In this document: positions 20,056 through 31,238 of the stretch, one piece after another
Numbering within the stretch: position 1 is the stretch's first letter
Layout: every line of letters begins with the position of its first letter
Program-made: the position numbers and the translations under genes
Origin: an uncultured Candidatus Saccharibacteria bacterium
GTDB lineage: Bacteria > Patescibacteriota > Doudnabacteria > UBA920
DNA length: 64,000 bases
NCBI GenBank assembly: GCA_964453405.1
Contig: CAYVOF010000001.1
Coordinates: 1,531-65,530 of the forward strand
Direction: 5' to 3'
The notes under the pieces: model-generated
What the model was told of the DNA's origin: nothing
What the model saw: only the letters and a program-made list of their open reading frames with translations
Databases searched by the model: none

Positions 20056-21522
20056 ATGAGCGAACGACTAGAAGACATTATCAATCATCGCAAGCAAAAA
20101 CTCGAGAATTTAAAGGCTGCGGGGCAAGATCCATATCCATCAACTACTGACCGGACTCATTCTAACCAAGAAGTTTTAGAAAATTTTGAAACTCTAGAGA
20201 GTCAGCACCAGCAAGTTACTATTGTTGGGCGTATTCGCAGTATGCGCGGTATGGGCAAATTGATTTTTGCGCATATTGATGACGGCACCAGCCGCATTCA
20301 AGTTTTACTCAAAGCAGATGATATTGGAGAAGAACGCTTTGCCTTCTTTTTAGATAACTATGATCTCGGCGATTTTATCCAAGCTACTGGAAAATTGTTT
20401 ATCACCAAGACTGAAGAGAAAACTGTTCAGGCATACGACTACAAAATGTTGGCTAAGTCGTTGCGACCGATTCCGAGCGATCACTTTGGTTTGCAAGATA
20501 CCGAAACAAAATTGCGTCAGCGCTACCTCGACATCATGCTTAATCCAGAAACTAAAGATTTGTTGGTTAAGCGCACAAAATTTTGGACAAGCATTCGTGA
20601 CTTCTTAGTTAAGAATGGTTATTTGGAATTAGAAATGCCGATTCTCGAACCAATTCCTGGTGGTGCCGAAGCCGAACCATTTGTAACTCATCATAATGCG
20701 CTTGATCGTGATTTTTATCTCCGCATTTCTTTGGAGTTACCACTCAAAAAAATGCTTGTCGCCGGCTACGAAAAAGTTTTCGAAATTGGCCGCATCTTTA
20801 GGAACGAAGGAATTTCTACAACTCATTTACAAGACTACACAGTGATGGAGTTTTATTGGGCTTATGGCGACTTTGAAAAACTACAAAAGTTTTTACAAGA
20901 AATGTACCAGTATGTACTGCAAGAAACTTTTGGCACCCTGCAAATTACTAGTGGTGGTGTAACTTGCGATTGGAGCGGTGATTGGGAAAAAGTTGATTAC
21001 ATGGCTTTATTTAAAAAACACACTGGCTTAGATTTAGAAACAGCTACCGATGATGATCTAAAAGCTTACGCCAAAGAACAGCACATAAAGTTTGAAGACT
21101 TTGCTCAGCGTGGTCGTTTGATAGATTTAATCTTTAAAAAGGTTCGAACAAATATTAAAACCGATAAACCTGTATTTTTAGTTAACCAACCAATAGAACT
21201 TGAACCTCTTGCAAAGCGTGATCCAGAAAATCCAAAGGTTGTTCAGCGTTTGCAGATCGTGGCTTATGGTACAGAGTTAGGTAAGGGTTTTGGCGAACTT
21301 AATGATCCAATCGATCAATTGTCTCGTTTCCAAGATCAGATGAAGTTGCGCGAAGCAGGCGATAGTGAAGCTCAGATATTGGACGAGGATTACATCGAGG
21401 CTATGGAGTACGGAATGCCTCCTGCCGCAGGATTTGGTCTGTCACAGCGTGTATTCTCGGTGTTGTCCGACCGATCTATTCGAGAGACAGTTATCTTCCC
21501 ACCAATGAAAGAAAAGGAGTAA
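20056..21522 (+). CDS. lysS: Lysyl-tRNA synthetase (class II)
   Basis: RQRYLD, YLRISLEL, FRNEG, EYGMPP. Confidence 0.97.
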   Translation: MSERLEDIINHRKQKLENLKAAGQDPYPSTTDRTHSNQEVLENFETLESQHQQVTIVGRIRSMRGMGKLIFAHIDDGTSRIQVLLKADDIGEERFAFFLDNYDLGDFIQATGKLFITKTEEKTVQAYDYKMLAKSLRPIPSDHFGLQDTETKLRQRYLDIMLNPETKDLLVKRTKFWTSIRDFLVKNGYLELEMPILEPIPGGAEAEPFVTHHNALDRDFYLRISLELPLKKMLVAGYEKVFEIGRIFRNEGISTTHLQDYTVMEFYWAYGDFEKLQKFLQEMYQYVLQETFGTLQITSGGVTCDWSGDWEKVDYMALFKKHTGLDLETATDDDLKAYAKEQHIKFEDFAQRGRLIDLIFKKVRTNIKTDKPVFLVNQPIELEPLAKRDPENPKVVQRLQIVAYGTELGKGFGELNDPIDQLSRFQDQMKLREAGDSEAQILDEDYIEAMEYGMPPAAGFGLSQRVFSVLSDRSIRETVIFPPMKEKE

Positions 21523-21524
21523 AA

Positions 21525-22070
21525 ATGGCTTTGCAATTCATCACTGGAAATAAAAATAAGTTAGAAGAAGTTCAAGCCATGATTCCAGAAGTGGAACAGT
21601 TGGATGTTGATTTGCCCGAGGTACAAGACATAGACCCACAGGTTATAATTAGTTCTAAACTTCAAGAAGCATTTAAACACCACGATGGAGAATTTATTGT
21701 CGAAGACACCTCGCTTTACTTTGATGGTCTAAATGGTTTACCCGGTCCGTTAATTAAATGGTTTTTAAAAGCCTTAGGACTTGATGGTTTGGCTAATCTA
21801 GCCATTAAGCTCGGTAATACTAAAGTCACTGCAAAAACTATTATTGGTTACGCAAAAAGTAAAGATAGTATAGAATTTTTTGAAGGTGCTGTGGACGGTC
21901 AAATAGTTAGTCCGCGCGGCGAAACCAGATTTGGGTGGGATCCAATCTTCTTACCAAATGGTTATGAAAAAACTTACGCCGAAATGTCGCCAGAGGAAAA
22001 AAACAGTATGAGCCATCGTCATAAAGCAGTTAGCAAGTTAGCCGAACATTTAAAGTCTCAAAAGAATTAA
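21525..22070 (+). CDS. rdgB: Non-canonical purine NTP pyrophosphatase (HAM1/ITPase)
   Basis: TGNKNK, VEDTSL, FGWDPIF, SHR. Confidence 0.92.
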   Translation: MALQFITGNKNKLEEVQAMIPEVEQLDVDLPEVQDIDPQVIISSKLQEAFKHHDGEFIVEDTSLYFDGLNGLPGPLIKWFLKALGLDGLANLAIKLGNTKVTAKTIIGYAKSKDSIEFFEGAVDGQIVSPRGETRFGWDPIFLPNGYEKTYAEMSPEEKNSMSHRHKAVSKLAEHLKSQKN

Positions 22071-22079
22071 AATATTGAT

Positions 22080-23426
22080 ATGTTAGACATAAAATTTATT
22101 CGAGAAAATACAGACGCTGTAAAAAAAGCTATCACCGACAAAGGTGTTGATTTAGATTTAGATCATTTAATTGATGTCGACACCAAGCGACGTGAGTTGT
22201 TGGCAGAAGTAGAAGGTCTGCAAGCAACGAAAAATAATTTTTCCAAAGAAATTCCAACTTTAGCTGATGCAGATAAACAAGCCAAGTTGTTAGAGATGAA
22301 AGAACTCGACACCCGTCAAACTGAGTTAAAAGAAAACCTGCGCGCAATTGACGAAGAGTACGCTAAGCTCATGTTGTATGTGCCAAATATTCCTTCACCA
22401 GAATCACCAGTGGGTAGTGATGAGAGTGGTAATGTAGCTTGGAGTTATTGGTCGCCAGAATTAGGTCATGTTGATCCTAAAGACACTGATAAAGTTGCGC
22501 AGGTGCCTACTAAACTACCTTTTGAAGCCAAAGACCATATTGCCTTGGCAACTAACTTAGATTTAGTAGACTTTGAACGTGGGACCGAAGTATCAGGTTT
22601 TCGCGGTTACTTTTTAAAGAACGAAGCCGTATTAATTCAATACGGACTATTTAGCTATGCGATCAATAAGCTCCGAGCTAAGGGCTTTACAATCATGCAA
22701 ACACCCACACTTGTGCGCGAATTTGCTTTGCAGGGAGCAGGAATGTTTCCGGCTGGCCGTGGCGAAGTATATCAGGTGGCAAACGCGGCTGGTTTAGAAA
22801 ACGAAGATAAAGAGAAGCAGTATTTAGCCGGAACATCTGAACCTTCGTTAATTGGCTACTACGCCGATCAAATTTTGGAAGCTCATCAATTACCGATTCA
22901 GGTTTGCGGAATTTCACCTTGTTATCGCAGCGAAGCCGGCAGCTATGGTAAAGACACTAAAGGTTTGTATCGCGTTAAAGAGTTTATGAAGGTTGAACAA
23001 GTTGTAATTTGTAAAGCTGATGAAAATGAAGGTGAAAAATGGCTCGAGGCACTTCGCGAAATAAGTGAAGAAATTTTGCAAGACTTAAAGTTGCCTTACC
23101 GCGTATTAAATATCTGTACTGGTGATATGGGAATGGGTAAGTACAAAATGTATGACATCGAAACTTGGATGGCTGGCCGCGGCAATTACGGTGAAACTCA
23201 CAGCGATTCTAACTTAACAGATTGGCAAGCCCGCCGACTCAATATACGTTATCGTGATGCCGATGGTACAATTAAGCACGCTTATACTTTAAACAACACC
23301 GCTGTAGCAAGCCCTCGCATTCTAATTCCGATTTTAGAAAATTATCAGCAAGAAGACGGTAGCATTAAAGTTCCAGAAGTCTTAGTGCCTTACGTTGGTA
23401 CTGACGTAATTAAAAAGAAGTCTTAA
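22080..23426 (+). CDS. serS: Seryl-tRNA synthetase
   Basis: MLDIKFIREN, YRSEAG, GLYRV, TLNNT. Confidence 0.97.
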   Translation: MLDIKFIRENTDAVKKAITDKGVDLDLDHLIDVDTKRRELLAEVEGLQATKNNFSKEIPTLADADKQAKLLEMKELDTRQTELKENLRAIDEEYAKLMLYVPNIPSPESPVGSDESGNVAWSYWSPELGHVDPKDTDKVAQVPTKLPFEAKDHIALATNLDLVDFERGTEVSGFRGYFLKNEAVLIQYGLFSYAINKLRAKGFTIMQTPTLVREFALQGAGMFPAGRGEVYQVANAAGLENEDKEKQYLAGTSEPSLIGYYADQILEAHQLPIQVCGISPCYRSEAGSYGKDTKGLYRVKEFMKVEQVVICKADENEGEKWLEALREISEEILQDLKLPYRVLNICTGDMGMGKYKMYDIETWMAGRGNYGETHSDSNLTDWQARRLNIRYRDADGTIKHAYTLNNTAVASPRILIPILENYQQEDGSIKVPEVLVPYVGTDVIKKKS

Positions 23427-23450
23427 ATTATAGCCTTAAATAATAAATAG

Positions 23451-24716
23451 ATGAAAAATTTTGTGCAGCGTTGGTTGGCGAGTCTAGCTCGGCAAATCAT
23501 AGCTAAACACAAACCTAAAATAATTGGCATAACTGGCAGTGTCGGTAAGACCTCTACCCGTGACGCAATTTATGCTGTAGTCTCTACAGCATTTTCTGTG
23601 CGCAAAGGTAGTAAGAATTTTAATAATGAATTTGGTTTGCCTTTTGCGGTTTTAGGAGCCGATGCACCAGGTCGCAATCCGTTTAATTGGTTATGGATTT
23701 TTGTGAAAGGCTATTTTACTTTGTGGGTCGGTAGTTACCCACAAGTGTTAGTTTTAGAAATGGGTGTAGATAAAACAGGCGATATGGATTATTTATTGTC
23801 GATAGTTAAGCCAGATATTGCCGTGCTAACAAATATTGGTATCTCCCACTACGAATTTTTTAAATCGGTGGAAGCTGTAGCAGAAGAAAAAGGTAAGCTA
23901 GTTGAGGCCTTAACTCAAAATGGCACAGCGATTTTAAACGCGGATAATGACTTAGCCAAACAACAAGCTAATAAGGCAACCAACAAAGGCGCTAAAGTTA
24001 TCACCTATGGTTTTAGTGATAGTGATGTGCGATTAAAAATTGATTCCGAAAATTTTATTGCACCAGCTTCTACCAATTTTGAAATCATTACTCATTACAA
24101 TAATTTTAAAGCAACAGTCAAAGCAATTGGCTTGCCGCATTTAAGCGCAGCAGCAGCGGCTGTGGCAGTCGGATTAAATTTAAATATTTCACAGGAAGAT
24201 ATTATTAAAGGACTGGGTAAATATAAACCTATGGTTGGGCGATTAAACTTTTTAGCAGGAATTAAAAAAACTACTATCATTGATGATAGTTATAACTCTT
24301 CACCGGATTCTGTTAAAGCGGCTATTCAAGTTATGAAACGAATCCCGCAACAAAAAAAGATTGTAATTTTAGGGGGTATGCTTGAACTCGGTGATATTAG
24401 TCAAGATTTTCATGAACAAATTGGTGAAGTTGTTGCTGATTTAAATCCAGACAAATTTTACGCAGTAGGTGAATTAGCCAATGCCATGCTAGATGGCGCC
24501 GTCGCTGCAGGTTACCCAGAAATTAAAACAATATGGTTTAAAAATAGCCAAGTTGCTAAAGATGCGATTCGTGATCAGATAGAACCAGAATCAATAATTT
24601 TAATTAAAGGTTCTCAAGGTGTGCGTATGGAACGCATTACAAAAGAATTATTACTCGATCCAATGAGTGCGACCAATGTATTACCACGTCAGTATGGTGG
24701 CTGGTTAAATAGCTAA
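23451..24716 (+). CDS. murF: UDP-MurNAc-tripeptide:D-Ala-D-Ala ligase
   Basis: GITGSVGKT, NFNNEFGLP, DDSYNSSP, LIKGS. Confidence 0.93.
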   Translation: MKNFVQRWLASLARQIIAKHKPKIIGITGSVGKTSTRDAIYAVVSTAFSVRKGSKNFNNEFGLPFAVLGADAPGRNPFNWLWIFVKGYFTLWVGSYPQVLVLEMGVDKTGDMDYLLSIVKPDIAVLTNIGISHYEFFKSVEAVAEEKGKLVEALTQNGTAILNADNDLAKQQANKATNKGAKVITYGFSDSDVRLKIDSENFIAPASTNFEIITHYNNFKATVKAIGLPHLSAAAAAVAVGLNLNISQEDIIKGLGKYKPMVGRLNFLAGIKKTTIIDDSYNSSPDSVKAAIQVMKRIPQQKKIVILGGMLELGDISQDFHEQIGEVVADLNPDKFYAVGELANAMLDGAVAAGYPEIKTIWFKNSQVAKDAIRDQIEPESIILIKGSQGVRMERITKELLLDPMSATNVLPRQYGGWLNS

Positions 24717-24729
24717 TTTTAAAAACTGA

Positions 24730-25842
24730 ATGGCTAAATCTAGAAACAAAAATAAAAAGAAAATTAGAGTGGGGGTTATTTTTGGTGGTAAGTCTTCGGA
24801 GCATGAAGTGTCGCTTCAATCAGCAAAAAGTATTATCATCGCGCTCGATCCGGACAAGTATGAAACTGTTTTGATCGGTATCGACAAACGTGGTCGTTGG
24901 CAGCTTCAGGATAATTCAAAATATTTATTAAACAGCGCTGATCCTAAATTAATCAAATTAAATAAATCTAACACTAACTTGTCGCTAGTGCCGGGTACAA
25001 ACGGTCAGCAAATGATTGTACCGATTAGCTCTAAGTCAGCGCCTTATATAGATGTGGCTTTTCCGGTCTTGCATGGTACATATGGCGAAGATGGAACCGT
25101 ACAAGGCTTGTTAGAGGTCTTAGATATCCCATTTGTAGGTGCCGGGGTGCTTGGATCAGCTGTGGGCATGGATAAAGATGTGATGAAGCGTTTGTTGCGT
25201 GACGTGGGCTTGCCGATTGCTAAGTTTGTAACGGTGTTGCGCGGGCAGGTTGTTAGTTTTTCAAAAATTAAAAATCAGCTCGGGATGCCTGTGTTTGTTA
25301 AACCAGCTAATAATGGTTCGTCGGTTGGTGTGAGCAAGGCTTCAACGAAAAAACAATTTGAGCTAGCGATTAAAGAAGCTTTTTTGTTTGATAATAAAAT
25401 TTTAATAGAAGAATTTGTTAAAGGCCGCGAGATAGAAATTTCAGTTTTAGGAAACGAAGCGCCGATAGCTTCGGTAGCTGGTGAGGTTATCCCAAGCCAT
25501 GATTTTTATTCGTATGACGCTAAATATATAGATGAGCAAGGCGCAGCGCTGCAGATTCCTGCCAAATTGCCAAAACCGGTCTTAAAGAAGATGCAAAACG
25601 TGGCTATCGCAGCTTATCAAACACTTTGCATCGAAGGTATGGCACGCGTGGACATGTTTCTTACAAAAAACAATCGTATTGTGATTAATGAATTAAACAC
25701 TATTCCGGGGTTTACTAAAATCAGCATGTACCCAAAATTATGGGAAGCTTCGGGAGTGAGTTATTCAAAGTTACTGGATGCGCTGATTAAATTAGCAATT
25801 GCGCGTCATAATCGACAAAAGAAATTAAAAACTAGTTTGTAA
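24730..25842 (+). CDS. ddl: D-alanine:D-alanine ligase
   Basis: GGKSSEHEVS, LHGTYGEDG, NELNTIPG. Confidence 0.97.
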   Translation: MAKSRNKNKKKIRVGVIFGGKSSEHEVSLQSAKSIIIALDPDKYETVLIGIDKRGRWQLQDNSKYLLNSADPKLIKLNKSNTNLSLVPGTNGQQMIVPISSKSAPYIDVAFPVLHGTYGEDGTVQGLLEVLDIPFVGAGVLGSAVGMDKDVMKRLLRDVGLPIAKFVTVLRGQVVSFSKIKNQLGMPVFVKPANNGSSVGVSKASTKKQFELAIKEAFLFDNKILIEEFVKGREIEISVLGNEAPIASVAGEVIPSHDFYSYDAKYIDEQGAALQIPAKLPKPVLKKMQNVAIAAYQTLCIEGMARVDMFLTKNNRIVINELNTIPGFTKISMYPKLWEASGVSYSKLLDALIKLAIARHNRQKKLKTSL

Positions 25843-26972
25843 TGTTTTTCAAAAAGAAAAAACCAAAACTTGATGCTAAGGTACGATTTCAGCACAAGCA
25901 ATTTACGACTAAGCTTGGTTCAGCGCGTTCGTATCGTCGTACTGCTGTTGCAGTACCAGAAAGCAAATTGCAACGCTGGTTGGCTAATATTGGACTCGGT
26001 TCAAAATGGTCACAAATTTTAGTTGGCTTATTTGTACTCGTGATTATTTATTTAATCTATTTACCAAACTTTTTAACTATAAAAGAAATAAAAATTTCTG
26101 GTTTGTCTGAATCACAAACCCATGATTTGGATAGTAGAATTCGTGATCAAATTACAGAAGTCGGTTTTTATAGAGCGCAAAACAATTTATTTTTATTCAA
26201 TGACGATTTAGCTAAAACTGCAGCAGCAAAATTAGCTAGCGTTAATTCAATTTTGCAAGTCAAAAAAGATTATAAAAATCAGACATTAATAATAGTGGCC
26301 GAAAGTAAATACGAGAAATATTTAGTCGCTACTCAGGAAAAAGTTTTTGATGTTTACAATGACGGCACTTTCAAAGCCGAAGCAGGTGTAGCAAGAGATA
26401 ATTGGATTAATATTGATAACCCGAATATGATAAAAGTTGAGTTGTATGAAAATGCTAACTCACAAAATGGTCAGCAGTTTTTTGACCCAACGCTTCAGCA
26501 GTTTATCAGTACTTTAAATGACCGGCTTAAAATTATGGAAAACTTTAAGATCGCTTATTATAGTTTTCATGATCCAAAAGTTGATCGTGTAGTAACGCAT
26601 GATGATATCGCAGAGCAGGTTCAATCTGCAGAAAAACCGGCAACTGCTTCGGCAGCAATTTCTACCAGTGAAGATATTGAACCAGCTTCGACAAGTGAAG
26701 CGCAAACCACTCCTACAGCTCAAGAAAATCCGGAATTAAAATTACCGTTCAACAGCTCGGAAGTTAACGTGGTGTTCTATAAAGGCGCAGACAAAAAACG
26801 ATTCTTTAAGGTTATTTTTGATGCAACTCGAGATTCTCAAAAAACCATGGAAGACCTAAAATTATTATTAGCACAAACTGCTCCGGATAGGTTCAATCAA
26901 TTAGATTATATTGATATGCGTATTGATTCTAAGGCATTTATCTGTTTACTAAATGCGCCTTGCGCTAAATAA
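25842..26972 (+). CDS. FtsQ/DivIB-like membrane protein
   Basis: Single TM, IKEIKISG POTRA-like start, C-terminal YIDMR; follows ddl. Confidence 0.55.
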   Translation: MFFKKKKPKLDAKVRFQHKQFTTKLGSARSYRRTAVAVPESKLQRWLANIGLGSKWSQILVGLFVLVIIYLIYLPNFLTIKEIKISGLSESQTHDLDSRIRDQITEVGFYRAQNNLFLFNDDLAKTAAAKLASVNSILQVKKDYKNQTLIIVAESKYEKYLVATQEKVFDVYNDGTFKAEAGVARDNWINIDNPNMIKVELYENANSQNGQQFFDPTLQQFISTLNDRLKIMENFKIAYYSFHDPKVDRVVTHDDIAEQVQSAEKPATASAAISTSEDIEPASTSEAQTTPTAQENPELKLPFNSSEVNVVFYKGADKKRFFKVIFDATRDSQKTMEDLKLLLAQTAPDRFNQLDYIDMRIDSKAFICLLNAPCAK

Positions 26973-26978
26973 TTAAAA

Positions 26979-27007
26979 TAAAACTCCTTATAAAATGAGG
27001 AGTTTTA
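26979..27007. terminator. Bidirectional terminator
   Basis: aaaactcct...aggagtttt hairpin between convergent genes. Confidence 0.65.
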
Positions 27008-27016
27008 AGTATCATT

Positions 27017-27472
27017 CTAATTTCCGGTAGTGTTACCACCTCCGGTGCGACATTCAATTTGTCTTACACCTGTATCTAGATTGTCTCTTATCTTGCCTGT
27101 TGGTGTTGCATTGTGACGCTCGCATGTGTCTGGTGATGTAATCCAAAATGTTGAACCTAGTAAATCACTAGATGTTGAGGTGTCTGTACCTTTTGGTACC
27201 CAGGGCGGAGTGCCGGTGTTAGCTTTTGTTGAAGTACTAGTACCTTTTTGATCACATCCAGTGGATGTCCAAGTTCCACCCCATCTCTCACAGCAAGATT
27301 GGCTAGAGTTAGCATCACAACTATTTTTCATGCTAGCATCCGAATGAGTTCCGTCTAAGCTAGCTAAAGGCCCTGCTCCATACATGCGAGCTGTAAACAT
27401 CCAGCCAATTAGTGCACCGACTAGGAATATAACAACACTTTTTACAATGTCTTGATTATTCATTTTTTTCAT
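27017..27472 (-). CDS. Hypothetical membrane-anchored Cys/Thr-rich protein
   Basis: N-terminal TM, CCERWGGTW, several cysteines. Confidence 0.7.
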   Translation of the reverse strand: MKKMNNQDIVKSVVIFLVGALIGWMFTARMYGAGPLASLDGTHSDASMKNSCDANSSQSCCERWGGTWTSTGCDQKGTSTSTKANTGTPPWVPKGTDTSTSSDLLGSTFWITSPDTCERHNATPTGKIRDNLDTGVRQIECRTGGGNTTGN

Positions 27473-27539
27473 TTGTATTAATTTACTTATCTATATTATA
27501 AAGTTTTGAAACAGCATCAACAAACTAGTTGTCCACAGC

Positions 27540-29099
27540 TTAATTAACTCGATACTCAGTAACCACAACCCAAGTTCCAACATATGGCCGTACTTCGGCA
27601 AAACCGTGCTCGTCGATTTGGGTCCAGTTTGTCGGTACGATTGGTTTACTGCCTCCAAAACCTGTTGTCCAAACCATCCACACGGTACTTCCTTTAGTAG
27701 CGTCACTAAAGTTTAGTAACAAGTCTGATTCAGTCAAAATCGCAGTACCGGCGTAGTGTGGCAAGTTTTCAACATGATTACCATTGGTGTACAACAGAGG
27801 CGCGATACCAGACTTGTTGTAATATTTGTAATTAAAGAATTCAAAACTGCTGGCCACAATAATTTTGTGATCGTTTTGAGCATTAGCATTAATAATGCTA
27901 GATAATGCAGCCATGCCAGGTTTTTTATCAACTTGTAATTCGTGCCAATAATACCAAGTGCCAAATAAATTTAAAACAACGAGCGTAATTAGGAATAAAT
28001 ACTTCAAACCACGAATCTTAATTTGCTCGAGCCACAAAGCAATCATTATTAACAAGAAAGGCGAGGCGAATAAAAAGTATCGCACTAAATAAACAGAAGA
28101 TGTTTCACCCTTCAATTTTGCTAAGATGGCGAACATGATACTACCAGCAAATGGGGCGACAAACAAACCGATTACTAACCATTTCCCAGTTTGTTGGTAA
28201 GATTTGATTATGCGAATTGTAAACCAAATGGTTGCCAGTAAAATTAATACCATAACAAATTTATACGGTGCGCCAATATGAATTATTAAGTCATATAGTG
28301 TACTTGGAATGCTCCAGACGTCCATCGGCGGAATCCAGTAACCCGCCCCAACTTGTTTGAATTGAAATAAAAAGATTTTAAGCCAAGGTAAAAATAGAAC
28401 GCCAATGCCGATTCCGGATAACAATAATAATGCGTAGCGCGAGAACTGCCATCGAAAAGTTTTCCAAAGATGAAAGATTCCGTATAACCCTAAGCCTACC
28501 ACTGAGAAAAGTAAATAGTAGTGGGTATAAGTTAAGATGCTGGCGCTAACAGTAAAAGCTGTGTAAGCCGCAACTACTTGGCTTAGCTTGGGCTTTAAAA
28601 TTATTCCAGTTGGTAAGTAGTAGTTTTTGGTAATCTCCAAAGCCTTCACTAACAAATAAGCAGTTAGGACCACAAAGAATGCACCCATGGTGTACATGCG
28701 CGCTTCGGTTACATATTGAATCTGAAATGGATTAAGTGCAACCAAGGTCGCAGCCATTAACGCAGTATTGTTATTTGCAAAAACTTTTTTTACTAATAGA
28801 TAGGTGATAATAATAGTGGCGACACCAAACAGCACCGACAATCCACGCAAGCTATATAACGAATCACCTAACACATAGTGCCAAAATCGTAAGAAGTAAT
28901 AGTACATTGGTGGATGTACATCCAAACCAATGCGGTAGGTCATTTCGCCCCATGAGTATTTAATCAATAAGGCAGAAAAAGCTTCGTCATGCCAAAGAGA
29001 AATAGCAGTGAGTTTGTATAGGCGTAAAAGTATGCCCGCACCAGTAATGCTGAGTAGGATCCAATTTCGATTTAAAAACGCGTTGAGTTTTTGTAGCAT
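27540..29099 (-). CDS. GT-C (ArnT/PMT-like) glycosyltransferase
   Basis: SLWHDEA, DVHPPMYY, EARMY; polytopic. Confidence 0.85.
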   Translation of the reverse strand: MLQKLNAFLNRNWILLSITGAGILLRLYKLTAISLWHDEAFSALLIKYSWGEMTYRIGLDVHPPMYYYFLRFWHYVLGDSLYSLRGLSVLFGVATIIITYLLVKKVFANNNTALMAATLVALNPFQIQYVTEARMYTMGAFFVVLTAYLLVKALEITKNYYLPTGIILKPKLSQVVAAYTAFTVSASILTYTHYYLLFSVVGLGLYGIFHLWKTFRWQFSRYALLLLSGIGIGVLFLPWLKIFLFQFKQVGAGYWIPPMDVWSIPSTLYDLIIHIGAPYKFVMVLILLATIWFTIRIIKSYQQTGKWLVIGLFVAPFAGSIMFAILAKLKGETSSVYLVRYFLFASPFLLIMIALWLEQIKIRGLKYLFLITLVVLNLFGTWYYWHELQVDKKPGMAALSSIINANAQNDHKIIVASSFEFFNYKYYNKSGIAPLLYTNGNHVENLPHYAGTAILTESDLLLNFSDATKGSTVWMVWTTGFGGSKPIVPTNWTQIDEHGFAEVRPYVGTWVVVTEYRVN

Positions 29100-29103
29100 T
29101 TGC

Positions 29104-30792
29104 TTATTTTATCACGTATACCGCCATCACGGTTTGGCCAAACTTGTTGCGAGTTTCCTGCTCAAGTTCGGCTTCGGGGTGGTACTGTTTAAATTTTTTA
29201 ATATCAAAAATACTAGATTGAGTAAACACTAATGTATCACCAATTTGTAAATCTGCTAATTTCCACGAATCTTCTGGGTCAACTTGAATGTATGGAGTGC
29301 CGATATCAGACGTTGTGTAATCAAGAGTCTGAACTGAGAATTTATCTAAAATCAGATAAGTTTTAAATGTCGTTTTAACCTTGAGGGAATATTGTTGTTT
29401 AAAATAATCCGCAACCATAGTCAGATCACTACGGAAGGCGTAAAAGTTTTCTGGACTGTTATAGGCCTCAACAAAATAGAGAATATAAGTTTGTGAAGTT
29501 AGCGCAGCCACAAATACTACAAACATAATCATCACGGCATTGTTGATCAGTTTTTGCTTCCATTCAGAAATTTGTAACATATAAGGATGACCGATTGCGC
29601 TTGCTCGATCGTACACAGCGGCAATACCAAGTGCTGCCAAAATAAATACTACCGGAATTGTTCCAATTGAACGCAGGCCATGAGGGATTCCTTCAGCAGT
29701 AGTTATTACAGGAACAAGCATAGACCAGAACCAGCCAGCCAGGGCAAAATAAATCCAATCAGCTTTATATTTATGCGGTAAAAAGGTGTAGCGCGCAGCT
29801 CGCAAGGTCGCCATGATTAATCCGATTAAAAAGAACGGCGAGATAATAATAGACAAAAATGGTTGTCCCGAAATATTGTGTCTCCAGTTTAGGTCACCAT
29901 CAGCAAAGTAGGCGCGCAGGCTTAAGCCCGTAACTTCGCCTATAGTGCCGATTAGGTTGCCTTGATTTAGTTCTGGGTTGAACACAGACACCTGTCCGCT
30001 TCGTCCTACAAATGAGCCTGGGTGAGTATAAAAATAATGGGCAATAGGAAAGATCACGACTACAAATGCAATTCCCGCCAAGATAGTCGGTAAAAAGTAT
30101 TTTTTAATTTGAACAAACCGCGGGGTTTTAAAGATATCCACTAGCATTGGCCAGAACACTAAAATCGCAACCACTGGTGCAAAAATTCGGTAGGCGATGT
30201 AAGTGTAAAATCCGAGAGCAAAAGCGACTCCAGTACCGATGGCGTGCCAATATCTTTTGGCGCGAGTCTTTGCTTGGTAGGTAGCGACTAAGAAGTACAA
30301 AGTCAGCGTGGTAAATAGCGGAATCAAATTGGCTCGAAACGCTGTGCGGGACAATACTACGTGCCAACTTGATACGGCCATGGTAAACATCGCTAACAGT
30401 GCAATCCAATTGGCTCGAGATATTTTGTCGGCGCGTTTTGTTGGGTCAGTTTCATCATCAGCGTCTTCGCCGATTAACAACAAGCGGCGTGTTAAAAAGA
30501 AAGTCATTACTACAGCGAGCGTTCCAACAGTGGCCGAAACAATATGATGTTGCCATGGTCCTTTGCCAAACAACTCTACACTACCCCAAAGCATATAAAA
30601 GAACAACGCTTCGCGGCCGTTACCGCGTTCGTAAAAAGGCTGCAGTTGTCCGTGCTGCATCAAGTTAATATCTAAACCATTGGCTGCTTCGTCAGGAAAT
30701 AAGCCTCCCGGCATTTGTCCAATCAAGTAAAATCGGAAAAATATCGACAGGATTAGGATACTAAGAAACAAAAATTTTTGTTTTGATGTCAT
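29104..30792 (-). CDS. GT-C (ArnT/PMT-like) glycosyltransferase
   Basis: PGGLFPDEA, GREALF, SRTAFR; polytopic. Confidence 0.85.
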   Translation of the reverse strand: MTSKQKFLFLSILILSIFFRFYLIGQMPGGLFPDEAANGLDINLMQHGQLQPFYERGNGREALFFYMLWGSVELFGKGPWQHHIVSATVGTLAVVMTFFLTRRLLLIGEDADDETDPTKRADKISRANWIALLAMFTMAVSSWHVVLSRTAFRANLIPLFTTLTLYFLVATYQAKTRAKRYWHAIGTGVAFALGFYTYIAYRIFAPVVAILVFWPMLVDIFKTPRFVQIKKYFLPTILAGIAFVVVIFPIAHYFYTHPGSFVGRSGQVSVFNPELNQGNLIGTIGEVTGLSLRAYFADGDLNWRHNISGQPFLSIIISPFFLIGLIMATLRAARYTFLPHKYKADWIYFALAGWFWSMLVPVITTAEGIPHGLRSIGTIPVVFILAALGIAAVYDRASAIGHPYMLQISEWKQKLINNAVMIMFVVFVAALTSQTYILYFVEAYNSPENFYAFRSDLTMVADYFKQQYSLKVKTTFKTYLILDKFSVQTLDYTTSDIGTPYIQVDPEDSWKLADLQIGDTLVFTQSSIFDIKKFKQYHPEAELEQETRNKFGQTVMAVYVIK

Positions 30793-30870
30793 TGGTATTT
30801 TCTGGCGCTTTGGCGATAGTTATCAAGTTTGTTATAATAACGGCACTATCTATACATTTTTTAGGCAGTT

Positions 30871-31224
30871 ATGACTGAATTAACGCACAATTCGCACCAG
30901 TTTGCTAAGCTTGCTAAAGTCCTGTGGATCTTAGCAGTGGTTGTCTTTATTTTATCACTGGTAGTGATAATTATCAAAGTGTCGGTCAGCTCACCGGTAT
31001 CGGCTTTGCGTTACAATGTGATTTTAGGTGTAAGTGAAATCGGCAGCCGTTATAAGTTATTGCAATTGCCCTTAGCTGGATTTTTAATTGGCGTGGTAAA
31101 TTATGCGCTAGTTAGATACAATCGGACCAGTCAACAAATTTTGCCACTTCTTGCTGCGATGGTTACGGTCTCACTCAATATTATTTTGTTGCTAGCCGCA
31201 CTATTGTTATTCCAAGTTAACTAA
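30871..31224 (+). CDS. Hypothetical membrane protein
   Basis: Three hydrophobic segments, LRYNVILGV. Confidence 0.7.
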   Translation: MTELTHNSHQFAKLAKVLWILAVVVFILSLVVIIIKVSVSSPVSALRYNVILGVSEIGSRYKLLQLPLAGFLIGVVNYALVRYNRTSQQILPLLAAMVTVSLNIILLLAALLLFQVN

Positions 31225-31238
31225 CTTCCTTTTAGGTT

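Noticed and set aside
30815-30850. gatagt...actatc inverted repeat as a third copy of the structured element
   Set aside because: No CACAG, bulged hairpin or CGTAG; it lies in a divergent promoter region
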